DNA of 64,000 bases from an uncultured delta proteobacterium (GCA_963845515.1 CAWJSR010000002.1:128001-192000); one strand, 5' to 3'; numbered from the stretch's first letter, positions 9,489-24,652 are shown. Program-made: numbers and translations. The notes: generated by a model not told the origin, from the sequence alone.

Positions 9489-12419
9489 GCGACCAGCACC
9501 TCGTTCAGTTCAGCGCAGCAGCGGCTCCAGCTTCTCCCCGAACAGCTCGTACACCTTCCCGAGCCCGCCCTTCTGGTTGAACGGCACGTCGTCGAAGTCG
9601 TCCTTCTCGATCCCGAAGCTCGCGGCGATGTGGTCCTTGATCGGCGTCGAGCCACTCGCGCTGCTCGGGCGTGAAGCGCCGGCCCCGGTTCTCCTGCTGG
9701 GCCAGCCAGTTCTGGAACCGCTCCTCGACCTGCTCGGCGAAGGGCACGAGCTTCGTCGTCCTGGTGGAGGGCGAACCGGACCAGCGACGACGACGTCGGT
9801 CAGGAGCCGCGTCGCGCCCGGCGCCCTGCACCTTGGACCGTGTCGAGCGTCTCGTAGGCCCGCCAGAGCAGCTCGGGCGTCCACGACCGCGGCGGCGCCT
9901 TGATCGCCTCGGCCAGCGCCTTGATGTCCTTGAAGCGGAGCCGCTTCGCGTAGGGCTGCGAGTAGAGGACCTGGAGCGCGGTGATCTCGTCCTTGTTCTC
10001 CGCGATGAACTTCTCGAAGCGACGCGACGAGCCCCTTGGCCTTCTCCTTGCGCCTCGTCCGAGAAGCCGGCCTCGAGCACCTCGTCCTTGGTGACGTGTC
10101 GATGGTCTGCTCGACCTGCGTCTTGAGGTCGAGCGATGCTCGTCCCGGAGCTTCGGGTTCGGCGGCGAGCGGCGCGAGCGGCCTCCTTGATGAGCGCCTG
10201 CGGCCGCCTTCGCGACCGCTGCCGGCGGACGGCGTCGGCGCCGGCGGGCAGCTTCTCGGCGCGCGCGGGCCTCCTCGACGTGCCGGTCGGGGTCGAGCGC
10301 CTCCACGAGGCTCGCTGGACGATGGCCTGGAGCGGCACGCCGCCGGCGAGCTCCTGCGAGCGCGCTGCTGCTCGGGCTTGCCGAGCTGGCGGCTCGATCC
10401 GCGCGAGGCGGCTCGCCAGCGAGGAGACGATCTCGGGGCTCGTGTTGCCCGAAGGCGACCGAGCCTGGAGGAGCTTCTCGAACGGGACGCCGGGGCTCTT
10501 CTCGAGCGGCTTCGAGTCCATCAGCTCGCGTCTCGCAGACGCCGACGCAGTCCACGATGACGAAGTGGTCCTTCGTCGTGCGCGTCCGGCGTGACCGCCT
10601 GGAAGTCGCGCGTCGTCGATGACCCGGACGCCGCGCCCCTTCATCTGCTCGAAGAAGTTCCGGCTCTTCACCGACCGCATGAACATCACGATCTCGAGCG
10701 GCTTCACGTCGGTGCCGGTGGCGATCATGTCCACCGTGACGACGATGCGCGGGTTGAAGCTGTTGCGGAAGGACGAGAGCAGGTCCTCGGGCTTCACGCC
10801 CGGTGGACTTGTAGGTAGGTCACGTCCGCCCGTCGACCGGGTCCGACGACGCGGGCCGTGCCGGTCCGGTAGGTGATCTTCTCGCAGAACTCGTTGCCCT
10901 CGGCCGAACTCCTCGCGGACGATCTGGACGATGTCGTCGGCGTGGCGAGTCGTCCTTCGCGAAGATGAGCGTCTTCGGGACCTCGCGTGCGGCCGGGGAA
11001 GATCTCGGTGAAGAGCCTGTCCCGGAAGGTCCGGACCACGGTCCGGATCTGGTCCACGCGCCACCACGTCGCGGTCGAGGTCGGTCGCCTCGTAGGTGAG
11101 GTCCTCGTCGAGCTTCTCCCAGCGGACGGCGCGGGTGTCGCGGTCGCGCTTGTCGACGAAGTGCCCGGCCTCGACCGTCGCGCCCTGCTCGGTGATCTGG
11201 GTCCGGATCCGGTAGACGTCGAAGTCGACGTTGCACGCCGTCGGCGACGGCCTGCTCGTGGCCGTACTCCATCACGAGGTTCTGGTTGAAGAAGCCGAAG
11301 CGTCTGCTTCGACGGGCGTCGCGGTGAGGCCGACGAGGTAGGCGTCGAAGTACTCGAGCACCTGGCGCCAGAGGTTGTAGATGCGAGCGGTGGCACTCGT
11401 CGGTCCAGATGAAGTCGAAGGTCTCGACGGGGATCGCCGGGTTGTAGGCGACCGGGACCGGGTCCCGGCGCAGGTCGTCCAGCGTGAAGGCCGACGCCTC
11501 CTCCAGCTCCGGGTCGAGTCTCCTCGCCCTTGAGCATCGAGTAGAGCCGCTGGATGGTGCGTGATGACGACGCGGGCGACCGGGTCGATGCTTGTTCGAG
11601 GTGAGGAGCTGGACGTTGTACAGCTCGGTGAACTTCCGGCCGTCGTCGGGGGTGACGTACTGCTGGAACTCCTTGAGCGCCTGCCGCCCGAGGTTGCCGC
11701 GGTCCACGAGGAAGAGGACGCGCTTGGCCTTCGCCGTACTTGACGAGGCGGTAGATCGACGAGACCGCCGTGAAGGTCTTGCCGCGAGCCGGTCGCCATC
11801 TGGATGAGGGCGCGCGGGCGGTCCTCCGACGAGCGACACTCTCGAGGTTCCGGATGGCCTTCGACCTGGGCGGGCCAGAGGCCCTTCTCGTCGAGCGCGG
11901 GGAGGTGCCGGCAGGCGGGCGCGGAGGGTCGCGGGACGCTCGCTCTCGGGCTGGGGCTTCCCGTTGCTCAGCGGCAGCCAGAGCGGCTCGGCGTCCAGCC
12001 ACTCGGCGAGCGTCTCGGGCCGGTGGAAGGTGAAGACGCGCGCGGCTGCGCGGCTCGGGGTCGAGGCAGGTTGGTGAAGCGGGTCTCGACGCCGGTCGAC
12101 TGGTAGAGGAACGGGAGCGGGCCGGTGGTGGGCCGGGAGCGCCGGCCGGGAGGCCCGTCGGCGTACTTCTCGGCCTGGACCTCGACGCCGGTCAGCGGCG
12201 TGCCGTCCTTCTTCGCCTCGACGACGCCGGCGGCCTTGCCGTCGACGAAGAGCAGGTAGTCGGCGTGGCCGTGCCCCTTGGCCAGCGGGAACTCGCGGAC
12301 GGCGACGCCGCGGCCGGCGTCGAGGTTCGCCGCGTGCGAGCTCCTGAACGACCCAGCCCGCGGCCGTCGAGGGCCTCGTCGATGTCCTGGCGGGCCTGTT
12401 GCTCGGGCGTGAGCGGCAC
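9485..12419 (-). CDS. hsdR: Type I R-M restriction subunit (many frameshifts)
   Basis: N-term [30 protein letters not shown] nuclease motif; [37 protein letters not shown]; EcoEI_R-like C-term ending ELNEVLVA* at 9485, overlapping the hsdS GTG. Confidence 0.85.
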
Positions 12420-12551
12420 CGACGACTCCCCCGGGGTGAAGCGGGAGCACTCCAGCCGGCTCCCTGCCAAGGCAGCCATTCAACCCTATCCGAGGGACGG
12501 ACGCGACGAAGGAGAGCGAGCTCAAGTCCGAACTGAGTCGCTCATACTGAG

Positions 12552-12981
12552 TCAGTCCGTATCACCGGGCTTCACCTGGAAGCCAAAGGTCCAGAAATGG
12601 CTGTCGAAGGTGAAGACCTGAAAGAATCCCAAGTCGGATCATGACCGAAGCGCAGAGCGCATCGTGGAAGCTGAGGTCGTGCTCCCTGTACTTCTCAAGC
12701 AGGGCGCGCGCGCTTTCCTCGTCTTCCTGAGTGAAGCGAATCAACTCCACCTGGCCAGAGCGAAGGAATTCGAACGCCTCTGAGGCCCTGGGGTACGAGA
12801 ACTCGTACCGCATGTGGGTGTAGGCCTCGTGCGCGGTTGCGTCGAGGGCAGCCCATCGAACGGAGGAATCGGCGCCGAAGTACGCCTTCGCCGATTCGTG
12901 AAAGCGATCGTTTCTGTCTTGGAGAGCTACGACGGCCGCGGTGTCGATTAGGACGGTGCGGTCCCAGACCGTTCCGAACAT
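12552..12981 (-). CDS. PIN-domain (VapC-like) ribonuclease (frameshift ~12625)
   Basis: VLIDTAAVVAL..D..H; E in AHEAY; LSFHDALCAS; the canonical VFTFDSHF...GF tail continues in an adjacent frame to TGA at 12552. Confidence 0.85.
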
Positions 12982-12984
12982 CCA

Positions 12985-13196
12985 CTACCGATCGGTGCCA
13001 GGCTCGGTCGCGACCCGCAGTGCGGCCACGAAGGGCGACGGACCTGCCGCGACACGGTACATGCGCCATCGATCACGCGGTAAACGCCCTCGGGCATACA
13101 CGTCTCAGGAGCGGCCCCGTAATGCGTCTCAGGGCTACCCGTGAAGTAGTTCGACGCTTCCTCGGCTGTAGACAGTGAGAACTGGAACTGGATCAT
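12985..13196 (-). CDS. Small (~70 aa) hypothetical protein between protease and PIN (probable frameshift ~13063)
   Basis: ATG overlaps the protease stop (ATGA). MIQFQFSLSTAEEASNYF...PEGVYRVIDG; shifted frame gives MYRVAAGPSPF...TDR* ending 3 nt before the PIN ATG. Confidence 0.55.
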
Positions 13197-14331
13197 ACGG
13201 TCACCCCGAGAGGCTCCTTGTTGTGAACCCACCCCTGAGCCATCACCTCAATGACGTAGTCCCGCGCAAGTCCGGGGATGAGGGGTATACCCTGACCGAC
13301 CGGAACCTGCACCTGAACATTGGGGGGGATCTTGGAGTGCTGTCTTACCCTTGCCTTGGTCTCGAAGAGGTAGGACCAGTGCCTACTCTCGACGGCTCCA
13401 CCTATGAAGCGGGCATCCTCCTGGAGTTTGTCTCCGAGGTCGGCACCCAGTACGTACGGCCTTCGGAGTTCAAACCGGTCTTCGTAGGCGCGTAGGAGAT
13501 CGTCCATCGCGACCGCCAGGTCGTCAGTGGCGAACTTCACGTGCTCTTCACCGAGGATCTTCACGGCCTCATGCCGGTTGATCATGTGAAGGTGCGAGTA
13601 GAAGCTCGTCGTGAGGGCATCAACGGCTTCCCCGTTCTTGCGGCTGGGTACCGGATGCAGCGCCAGCAAGTTCTCCGCCAGCTTCTTGATCTGCCGGTAG
13701 ACGCGGTGAACGTTGCCAATGGCGAGCGGGTGAACCTGCAGCACAAGCTTCTCCAGGAACTGGGCGACGTCCTGAGGGGCGAGGTCTTCCGCCCCGCTCT
13801 TCTCGCGAAGTTGGTCTGCCGCGAATGTCAGGTACTGCTGAACATCCTCCACGCTAATGGCGAGCCAATCCTGCGGGTTCGTCGGGTCGATAGGGTTGAA
13901 CTGGTTGCCCGTGCTGGGATCGATCGGGCTCAACTCGGACATGGGTCCGGAAAGATGGACTTGGCCCCAAGGGCCAGGAGCGTTCCGCTGCTGTGACATC
14001 GAAACGGAACGAGAACCTGGAAGTCGGGATCGAACTCGCGAAGGATTCCCACAATGGGCCACACAGAATTCGTGTCCCCGCCGCGAGTGTAGAGGCAGAG
14101 GTCCACGCCCTTGTTCCCGGCCTTGGTGGACTCTTTCAGAACTCGAAAAAGGGCCTCCTTTACCTCAGCGTGGAACTGGGTCGAGATTCCACCAATGCCC
14201 GGGAGACTCGTCCGATCGAAATTGAAGAAGCAGATGAGGGCGCGCCCTTGGCGCAGCGCCTCGATTCTCTCCATCAGCGGCTTGCGCTTCTCGTACACCA
14301 TCGATTCGGGTACAGGAGGCTTGATCGGCAT
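13193..14331 (-). CDS. SDH-family ClpP-fold serine protease (frameshift ~13950)
   Basis: LCLYTRGG, VPFRCHSSGTLLALGA (nucleophile Ser), GPMSELSPIDP, FYSHLHMINRHEA; purine-rich RBS upstream of the ATG. Confidence 0.8.
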
Positions 14332-14481
14332 TCGACTTCCTCTCGTCCTAGAGGAGCAGCGGAGGGCAGATGTCCAAGCTCCCTGCCTGGCCCATCCACG
14401 GAGCGTTAGAATCCTCCGTTCTGCGAGCTGCAACAACTTCTATGACACCGCGAGTCTGAATCTGAGCGTGCTCCTCGGCGC

Positions 14482-16462
<1,981 letters not shown>

Positions 16463-16506
16463 TTCTTAGCACCGGCGCGACCGCCGGTGGGCGGCACGCG
16501 GTGCGG

Positions 16507-16545
16507 CCCCCTCTCCCTGCCCTCTCCCCCGGTGGGGGAGCGGGG
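16507..16545. repeat. BoxC/REP-like palindromic element
   Basis: CCCCCTCTCCCTGCCCTCTCCCCC-GGT-GGGGGAGCGGGG, intergenic. Confidence 0.6.
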
Positions 16546-16560
16546 AGGATTCTCAGTCTC

Positions 16561-17694
<1,134 letters not shown>

Positions 17695-17707
17695 TGTCGC
17701 CTCTCCC

Positions 17708-18400
<693 letters not shown>

Positions 18401-18484
18401 GGGAAGTAGATATCGCAGCCAGTCGCATGGCGTCGAGGCGCACACGTGGGACGGTACCCGGAGGGTGCGCTAGGATGCGGCCGG

Positions 18485-19577
18485 ATGCGTCCCATATCCC
18501 TCGCCCCCACCCTCGCCCTCGCGGCCATCCTCCTCTCAGCCTGCGCCAGCCCGCGGGCCGTCGGCACGCCCGCGGTGGTGAGCGCCGAGCTCGGCATCTT
18601 CCGGGCAGCCGAGCTCGCGCGCGTCCGGTGCCTCGTGGTGGCGCCGTTCGAGAACGCGTCCAGCGCGCCGCTCGCGGCGGAGGCGGCGACCGCCGCGCTC
18701 CTGTCGGGCGTGGGCGCCAGCGGCACGCGTGTCTTTCCGGTGAAGGAGCTGCGCGCGCTCTTCCGCGACACGCCGGTCGAGCTGCCCGAGGGGATCCCGC
18801 CCAGCCTCGCCATGGAGCTCGCGAAGCTCGTGGGAGCCGACGCCGCGATCTACGGCACCGTCGAGGGCTCCGCGGGCAGCTCCGAGACCGGGCTCCTGGT
18901 CTCCGTCCGGCTCGTCCTCTCTCCCGCGCGTGAGCTGCTCTACGCCTCGACCTTCGCGGTGAAGCCGCGGGCGGGCGAGGAGATCGAGGCCGCGGTGCGG
19001 CGCAGCCTCCGCGACGAGACCCACGAGATGTTCCTCCGGCTCGGGGGTTTCCGCGGCGGCGCCTGCTTCGAGCGCAAGCGGCTGGACTCGCTGCGCGCCC
19101 TCGCGCTCGCGGAGACCGCGCCGGCGCCAGCGCCGGCTGCGCCACCGGTGGCCGCCACCCGGGTGGCCGCGCCGGCCCCGGCCCCGACGCCGGTCACGGT
19201 GACGCCGCGCCAGAAGGAGTGGCTCCACAGGCTCGGGGGCGGCGAACCCTTCATCGTCGAGGACGTCGGCTTCGCAGGGCGGACCACCCAGCTGCGAGCG
19301 CGACAGCGGGCTCGCCGACCTCGCCATCGCGCTCGCCGCCCTGCCCGAGCTGAAGCTCAGGATCGAGGGGCACGTCGACGCCACCCACGACTCGGCGGCC
19401 GATGCCCGGCTCTCGATGGCCATGGCGCAGGCCGCCGCCGATCGGCTCGTCGACCTCGGCGTGCCGCGAGCCCGGATCCAGGTCGCGGGGCGCGGCGCCG
19501 AGAACCCCCGGCTGCCGAACTTCACCGCGCGCGGCCGCGCCACCAACCGCCGGATCGAAGCGGTCGGCCTGAAGTAG
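18485..19577 (+). CDS. Lipoprotein with C-terminal OmpA-like peptidoglycan-binding domain (frameshift ~19295)
   Basis: Lipobox LLSAC; VAPFEN domain; Pro/Ala linker; shifted frame IEGHVD...LS...GRG...NRRIE. Confidence 0.7.
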
Positions 19578-19587
19578 GGAGCCAGCC

Positions 19588-20880
19588 GTGGAACGACACC
19601 TGCGATTCTTCGCCACCTGCGCCAAGGGCACCGAGGGCGCGCTCCGCAAGGAGCTCGCCGCCGCCGGGCTGAAGCACCTCAAGGGCGAGCGCGGCGGCGT
19701 CCACTTCGAGGGGCGGCTCGAGGCCGGCATGCGCGCCTGCCTCCACTCGCGGACCGCGATGAGGGTGCTCCTGGAGGTCGCGACCTTCCCCGCGCCCGAC
19801 CGGGACGGGCTCTACGAGGGGGCGCGCGCGGCGGAGTGGACCGAGTGGCTGACGCCGAAGCACACCTTCGCCGTCGAGGCGAGCGTCGCCTCCACCACCC
19901 TCACCCACTCCGGCTTCGCCGCCCTCGTCGTGAAGGACGCCGTCGTCGACGCGCTCAGGGAGGCGGCGGGCGACCGGCCCAACGTGGACGCGAAGGATCC
20001 CGACGTCCTGCTGGTGCTCCACGTCGCCCGCGACCAGGCGACCCTCTCGCTCGACCTCGCCGGCCACCCCCTCCACCGGCGTGGCTACCGTGCGGAGATG
20101 ACCAAGGCGCCTCTCAAGGAGACGCTGGGCGCGGCCATGCTCTCCCTGGGCGGCGTCGCGCTCGACGCGCCATTCGTCGATCCAATGGCCGGCTCTGGGA
20201 CGCTGGCCATCGAGCAGGCGCTGCGCGCCCGCCGGATCCCGCCCGGGCTGGGGCGGTCGTTCGGCTTCCAGCGCTGGCCCGCCTATCGCGGCGGACCGCA
20301 GTCGGCGTGGGATCGGCTCCGGGCCGAGGCACGCGCCGAGATCCTGCCGCACGCCCCCGCCCCCATCCTCGCGCGCGACCTCAACCCGAAGGCGGTCGCG
20401 GCCATCCGCGCCAACGCCGAGGCCGCCGGCGTGGGCGGAGACCTCGTCATCGAGCGCGGCGACGCGCGCGACCTGATCGGCGGGAGCGTGGTCGGCACGA
20501 TCTGCACCAACCCGCCGTACGGGGAGCGGCTTGGCGGCGTCGACCGCTCCGACGAGCCGCCGCCCCGCAACGACCGGCAGGGCAGGCGAGACCGGCCGGA
20601 CCGGCGCGGCGAGCCGGGGCACGACCGCGGCCGGCCCTCGCGCGACGCCGAAGAGGAGGAGGTCGATCCTCGCGTCGCGGCGAAGAAGCTGGCCGGGTTC
20701 TACCGCGGCTTCGCAGAGATGCTGGAGCGGCACGCGGGCTGGACGGCCGTCATCCTCTCCGGCAACACGGCGCTGCAGGATGCCATCCCCTGGCGCCCCG
20801 AGGTGGACCACAAGCTCTGGAACGGGCCGCTGGAGGTCCACCTCCTCCGCTACGTGGTCCCGCCGAAGCGCGAGCGCTGA
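19588..20880 (+). CDS. THUMP-domain rRNA methyltransferase (RlmL-like)
   Basis: LHRRGYR; APLKETL; DPMAGSGT; TNPPYGERL; LWNGPLE. Confidence 0.85.
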   Translation: MERHLRFFATCAKGTEGALRKELAAAGLKHLKGERGGVHFEGRLEAGMRACLHSRTAMRVLLEVATFPAPDRDGLYEGARAAEWTEWLTPKHTFAVEASVASTTLTHSGFAALVVKDAVVDALREAAGDRPNVDAKDPDVLLVLHVARDQATLSLDLAGHPLHRRGYRAEMTKAPLKETLGAAMLSLGGVALDAPFVDPMAGSGTLAIEQALRARRIPPGLGRSFGFQRWPAYRGGPQSAWDRLRAEARAEILPHAPAPILARDLNPKAVAAIRANAEAAGVGGDLVIERGDARDLIGGSVVGTICTNPPYGERLGGVDRSDEPPPRNDRQGRRDRPDRRGEPGHDRGRPSRDAEEEEVDPRVAAKKLAGFYRGFAEMLERHAGWTAVILSGNTALQDAIPWRPEVDHKLWNGPLEVHLLRYVVPPKRER

Positions 20881-21071
20881 CGGTTCGAAGCCGGGGTGCG
20901 GCTTTCTGCCGCACCGGGCGCTCGCCGCCGCGTCTGGCCGCGGTTCGTTGACGCAGGCGCGAACCTCAAACCGATCGGCCCGCTCACACGACCGAACGCG
21001 ACGTGTGTTCGCGGCCGGGCCATACCGGCCACGACCCGCAGCCCACGGCGCCAAACGAGGAGCGGACCACC

Positions 21072-22313
21072 ATGAAGAGCGTCTCGTATCGCGGCTTGCT
21101 CGCGGCAGCGGTGCTGCTGTCGGCAGCGCCGGCCGCCGCCACCAACGGCATGCGCATGATCGGCTTCGGACCGGTGCAGGACTCGATGGGCGGCGCCTCG
21201 GTCGGCGCCCCGCTCGACTCCTCCACGATCGTCACCAACCCGGCCGGCATGAGCGCGCTCGGCATGCGCGTCGACGCCGCCGGCACGTACTTCAAGCCGA
21301 CGGTGAAGTACACGGCGACGGACGCGCCTGGCACCGTCCGGCACGCGAGCAGGAGTCGGACCGGGCCGCCTCGATCATCCCGACGCTCGGCTTCATCTAC
21401 CCGGTGAACGACAAGCTCTCCCTCGGCCTCGGCGTCGTCGGCGTCTCCGGCATGGGCGTCGACTACGCGGCCGACCTCTTCGGCAGCACGACGCTGACCT
21501 CCTACATGAACCTGCGCGTCGCCCCGGCGGCGTCCTACAAGATCAACGACCAGCTCGCGGTCGGCGTCGCCGCGAACCTCATGTACGCGACGATGGAGTA
21601 GGACGGTCGCGTGCGCGGCCATGGCGAGCAGGAGCCGCGCGACGCGACCGGCGCCTTCGGCTTCGGCGCCACGATCGGCCTCACCTACAAGCCGATCAAG
21701 GACCTCACGGTCGGCCTCGCCTACGAGACGAAGAGCTTCTTCGGCGACTTCGAGTGGGACATCCCGCGCACACGTACTTCACCGGCGCTCCCGTCATCGC
21801 CCGGCGGCACCGACAAGCTCGACTTCGACCAGCCGCAGGTCGTCACGCTCGGCGCCTCCTACCGCGTGATCGAGCCGCTCCTCGTCGCGGCCGACGTCGA
21901 GTGGATCAACTGGTCCGCCACCAACGGCAAGGACCAGCCCGAGTTCACGACCGACACGAACCTCACCGGCGCGTCGCGCTGGAACATGAACTGGTCGGAC
22001 CAGGTGGTGGTGAAGGTCGGCGCCGAGTACGCGGCGACGAAGGAGCTCAAGATCCGCGCCGGCTACAACTACGGGAAGATGCCGCTCGACGAGAACCGCG
22101 CCTTCGAGAACATCGCCTTCCCGGCCGTCGCCGAGCACCACGTCACGCTGGGCGCCGGCTACGACATCGGCGCGCTCACCGTGAACGTCGCCGGCGTCTG
22201 GTCGCCCGAGGCGAAGATCAGCGGCGCGAACACCGCGCCGCAGGGCATCCTCGAGCTACGAGACGAAGATGTCGCAGATCGCGCTCGACCTGGGCGTCGG
22301 CTACAAGTTCTAG
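21072..22313 (+). CDS. FadL/OmpP1 family outer-membrane transporter (frameshifts)
   Basis: Signal peptide; TNGMRMIGFG...MGGA...NPAGM; RAGYNYG; terminal GYKF*. Confidence 0.8.
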
Positions 22314-22320
22314 GCGCAGA

Positions 22321-22430
22321 CCCCCTCACCCGCGTCCATTGGACGTCCCCTCTCCTCCACCGGGGGAGAGGGCAAGGGTGAGGGGGCGGTCTCTCCCTCA
22401 CCCTGCCCTCTCCCTCACTGAGGGAGAGGG
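22321..22430. repeat. Composite BoxC/REP-like palindromic elements between convergent genes
   Basis: CCCTCTCC..GGAGAGGG-CAAGGGTGAGGGG followed by CCCTCACCCTGCCCTCTCCCTCA-C-TGAGGGAGAGGG. Confidence 0.7.
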
Positions 22431-22448
22431 AGGTGGAGGAGAGGGGCG

Positions 22449-23619
22449 CTAGAATGAGAACTGCGAGCCGACCATGAGCTCCTTGGTCCGCTCGTTGAAC
22501 GCGCTGTCGTTGTCGGGCAGCGAGAAGCGGTTGCCGTCGGCGATGTGGGCAGAGGCGCGCACGACGAAGTCGCGGGTGAACCAGTAGTTCACGCCGACCG
22601 CCGCCTCGCGGTGGCGCAGGAGCGACTGCGGGCCGGCGAAGCCGGACCAGTAGAGCTTCGTCGCCTCGACCTTCGCCACGGCCTGCCAGTGGTCGCCGAA
22701 CCGGACGCCGCCCTCCACGTAGCCGGCGTCGCTGTTGGCGTTCGCCACGGAGAGCTGGTCGAAGGACACGGCCTCATCCGCGTACCCGGTCTGCCTCTTC
22801 TGGTAGCCGTGGAAGTACTCGGCGCGCAGCAGCCAGCGCTCCGTCTCGTACTGCAGCCGACACCGCTGCGACCCACGTCGGCACGGGCCCCTGCTCCTCC
22901 GGGGTGCGCCCCCAGAAGTAGGAGCCGCGGACCTGGAGCCCCTCGATCGGGGTGACGAGCGTGAGCCGGCCGCCGACGCAGTCCTGCATCTCGACCCAGT
23001 TGCCCGGGTAGTCGGTGTCGACGCCGATGCCGGTCGTCCCGTCGAGGTCGGTCTTGACGGCCCAGGCGTCGTACGGGCTCAGCACGAACTGCGAGATCCC
23101 GCCCGCGAAGAAGTCGTAGGAGAGCTCGTGTCCTGCGGGGAGCTGCTTCGTCCCCGTCAGCCCGACGCCCAGGTACGAGTAGCCACCGAAGCTGGTGTTG
23201 CCGTAGACGCTGCTCGGGAGCCTGAGGAACGGGCGGACCGTGCCGACGTCGTTCACGTCCCATGAGAGGCCGATCGGCACCTTCGGCATGCCGAACCGGA
23301 TGCGGACCTCGTCGGAGGCGCGGTACTCGAAGAAGGCGTAGTCGACGCCGTTCTGCGTGTAGTCCTCGTCCTGGGTGAACTGGAAGGCCGCGGAGAGGTC
23401 GTCGGTCGCCTGCGCCCGGACGGCGAGCGCCAGCGCGGCGTTGTCGTAGTAGCCGTCCTGCGTCCCGAGCTGGAAGCTGTTCCCGTCGGTCTTCCCGTAC
23501 GCCCAGTACGCGTAGCCGGAGATGTTGAGCTTGCCGTCCAGCAGGACGACGGCGTCGGCCCTTCCGGCCAGGAAGGTGAGGGCGAGCAGAGAGGCGAGGC
23601 GAAGCGTGCGCATGTACAT
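22449..23619 (-). CDS. Putative outer-membrane porin (frameshifts ~22780-22870)
   Basis: Signal peptide; DYAFFEY...RIRFG..KVPIGL; beta-strand pattern; terminal aromatic FSF*. Confidence 0.65.
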
Positions 23620-23729
23620 GTGTGGTGTTCCCCCGGGTTTGCGCCCTGACGACGAGCGGTCCGAAAACCCTATCAAGGGAGCGCCGACGGGTCACGATTC
23701 GCCTCGGCGGCGCGCTGCGGCGCGCCGCG

Positions 23730-24204
23730 TCATCGCCGCTTCAGCGATAGACCCATGGTGAAGTGGGCCACCGGCTCCTCGCCGTGCTTCGCGGGGACCG
23801 TCGCGACCACCTCCACCGGGATGGTCACGCGCTCGCCCGTCGCGTCGGCGCTCGCCACCGCCGCCGCGATGCGCCGTCCGTCGGCGCAGGCGAACCTCAC
23901 GTCGCCGTCGGCGCGCTTCAGGAACCGCCCCTGCACGTCGGCGAAGATGAGGCTCACCCTGGGATGGCGCTCGCGGATCAGCCGCGCAGCGGCGAGCCCG
24001 GCGGCGAGAATCGGCCCCCGCGCAGAGCGCGCCGAAGTACATGGACCCGACGTGGTTTCGCGAGCGCCAGCGGAGCCTGATGGAGACCTCGCACCGCTCC
24101 TCGTCCAGCCGCTCCACACGCGGGCCGAGGAACAGGAGCACCGGCACCCTGAGGGAGAAGAGGCGGACGAAGAGCGTCTCGCGCAGGAGCATCGGGTGGA
24201 GCAT
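23730..24204 (-). CDS. Hot-dog fold/DUF4442 thioesterase-like protein (frameshift ~24010)
   Basis: RNHVGSMYFGALCAGAD; FLKRADGDVRF. Confidence 0.7.
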
Positions 24205-24247
24205 AGCGCCGGGCGTCCTGCCGCGCTTCGCGCTCCAGCAACTAAGA

Positions 24248-24279
24248 AGGCCGGAATCGCCCCTGGCGATCCCGGCCTC
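24248..24279. terminator. Stem-loop downstream of small lipoprotein
   Basis: AGGCCGG-AATCGCC-cct-GGCGATC-CCGGCCT inverted repeat. Confidence 0.45.
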
Positions 24280-24301
24280 GTCCTGACGGAGCGCTGTTGG
24301 A

Positions 24302-24499
24302 TCAGCGCGTCGCGCCGCCGGCCGCGCCGGCGACGGGAGACTTGGCGCTCTGCTTCTGCACGTACGGAGACTTCGCCTTCTTCCGCGAGTCCTTGACCGT
24401 GACCGAGACTTCCGGCGTCACGGAGTAGCTGGTGGACTTGCTGGTGGCGCAGCCGACGAGGAAGACGGGGACGACGGCGAGCAGGGCGATCCGCTTCAT
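24302..24499 (-). CDS. Small lipoprotein (65 aa)
   Basis: MKRIALLAVVPVFLVGC lipobox; AAGAG upstream. Confidence 0.55.
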   Translation of the reverse strand: MKRIALLAVVPVFLVGCATSKSTSYSVTPEVSVTVKDSRKKAKSPYVQKQSAKSPVAGAAGGATR

Positions 24500-24652
24500 G
24501 CTTCGATCTCTTAGCACGAACGGGCCCGCAGGATCGCGATCCCGGCCTGTACCTTCTTTCAGCGACTGCGAGTGCGGCGCACACGGAGCGCGGCCCCCAC
24601 ACCTCTCGCACCTCGCGCCGTCCCACCCGCTCCCACCCATGCCGACCTGGGA

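Noticed and set aside
23620..23700. Possible c-di-GMP-I riboswitch upstream of the porin (GGCGCAAACC on the minus strand)
   Set aside because: No GNRA-capped P2 stem or second GCAAA/P3 element follows.
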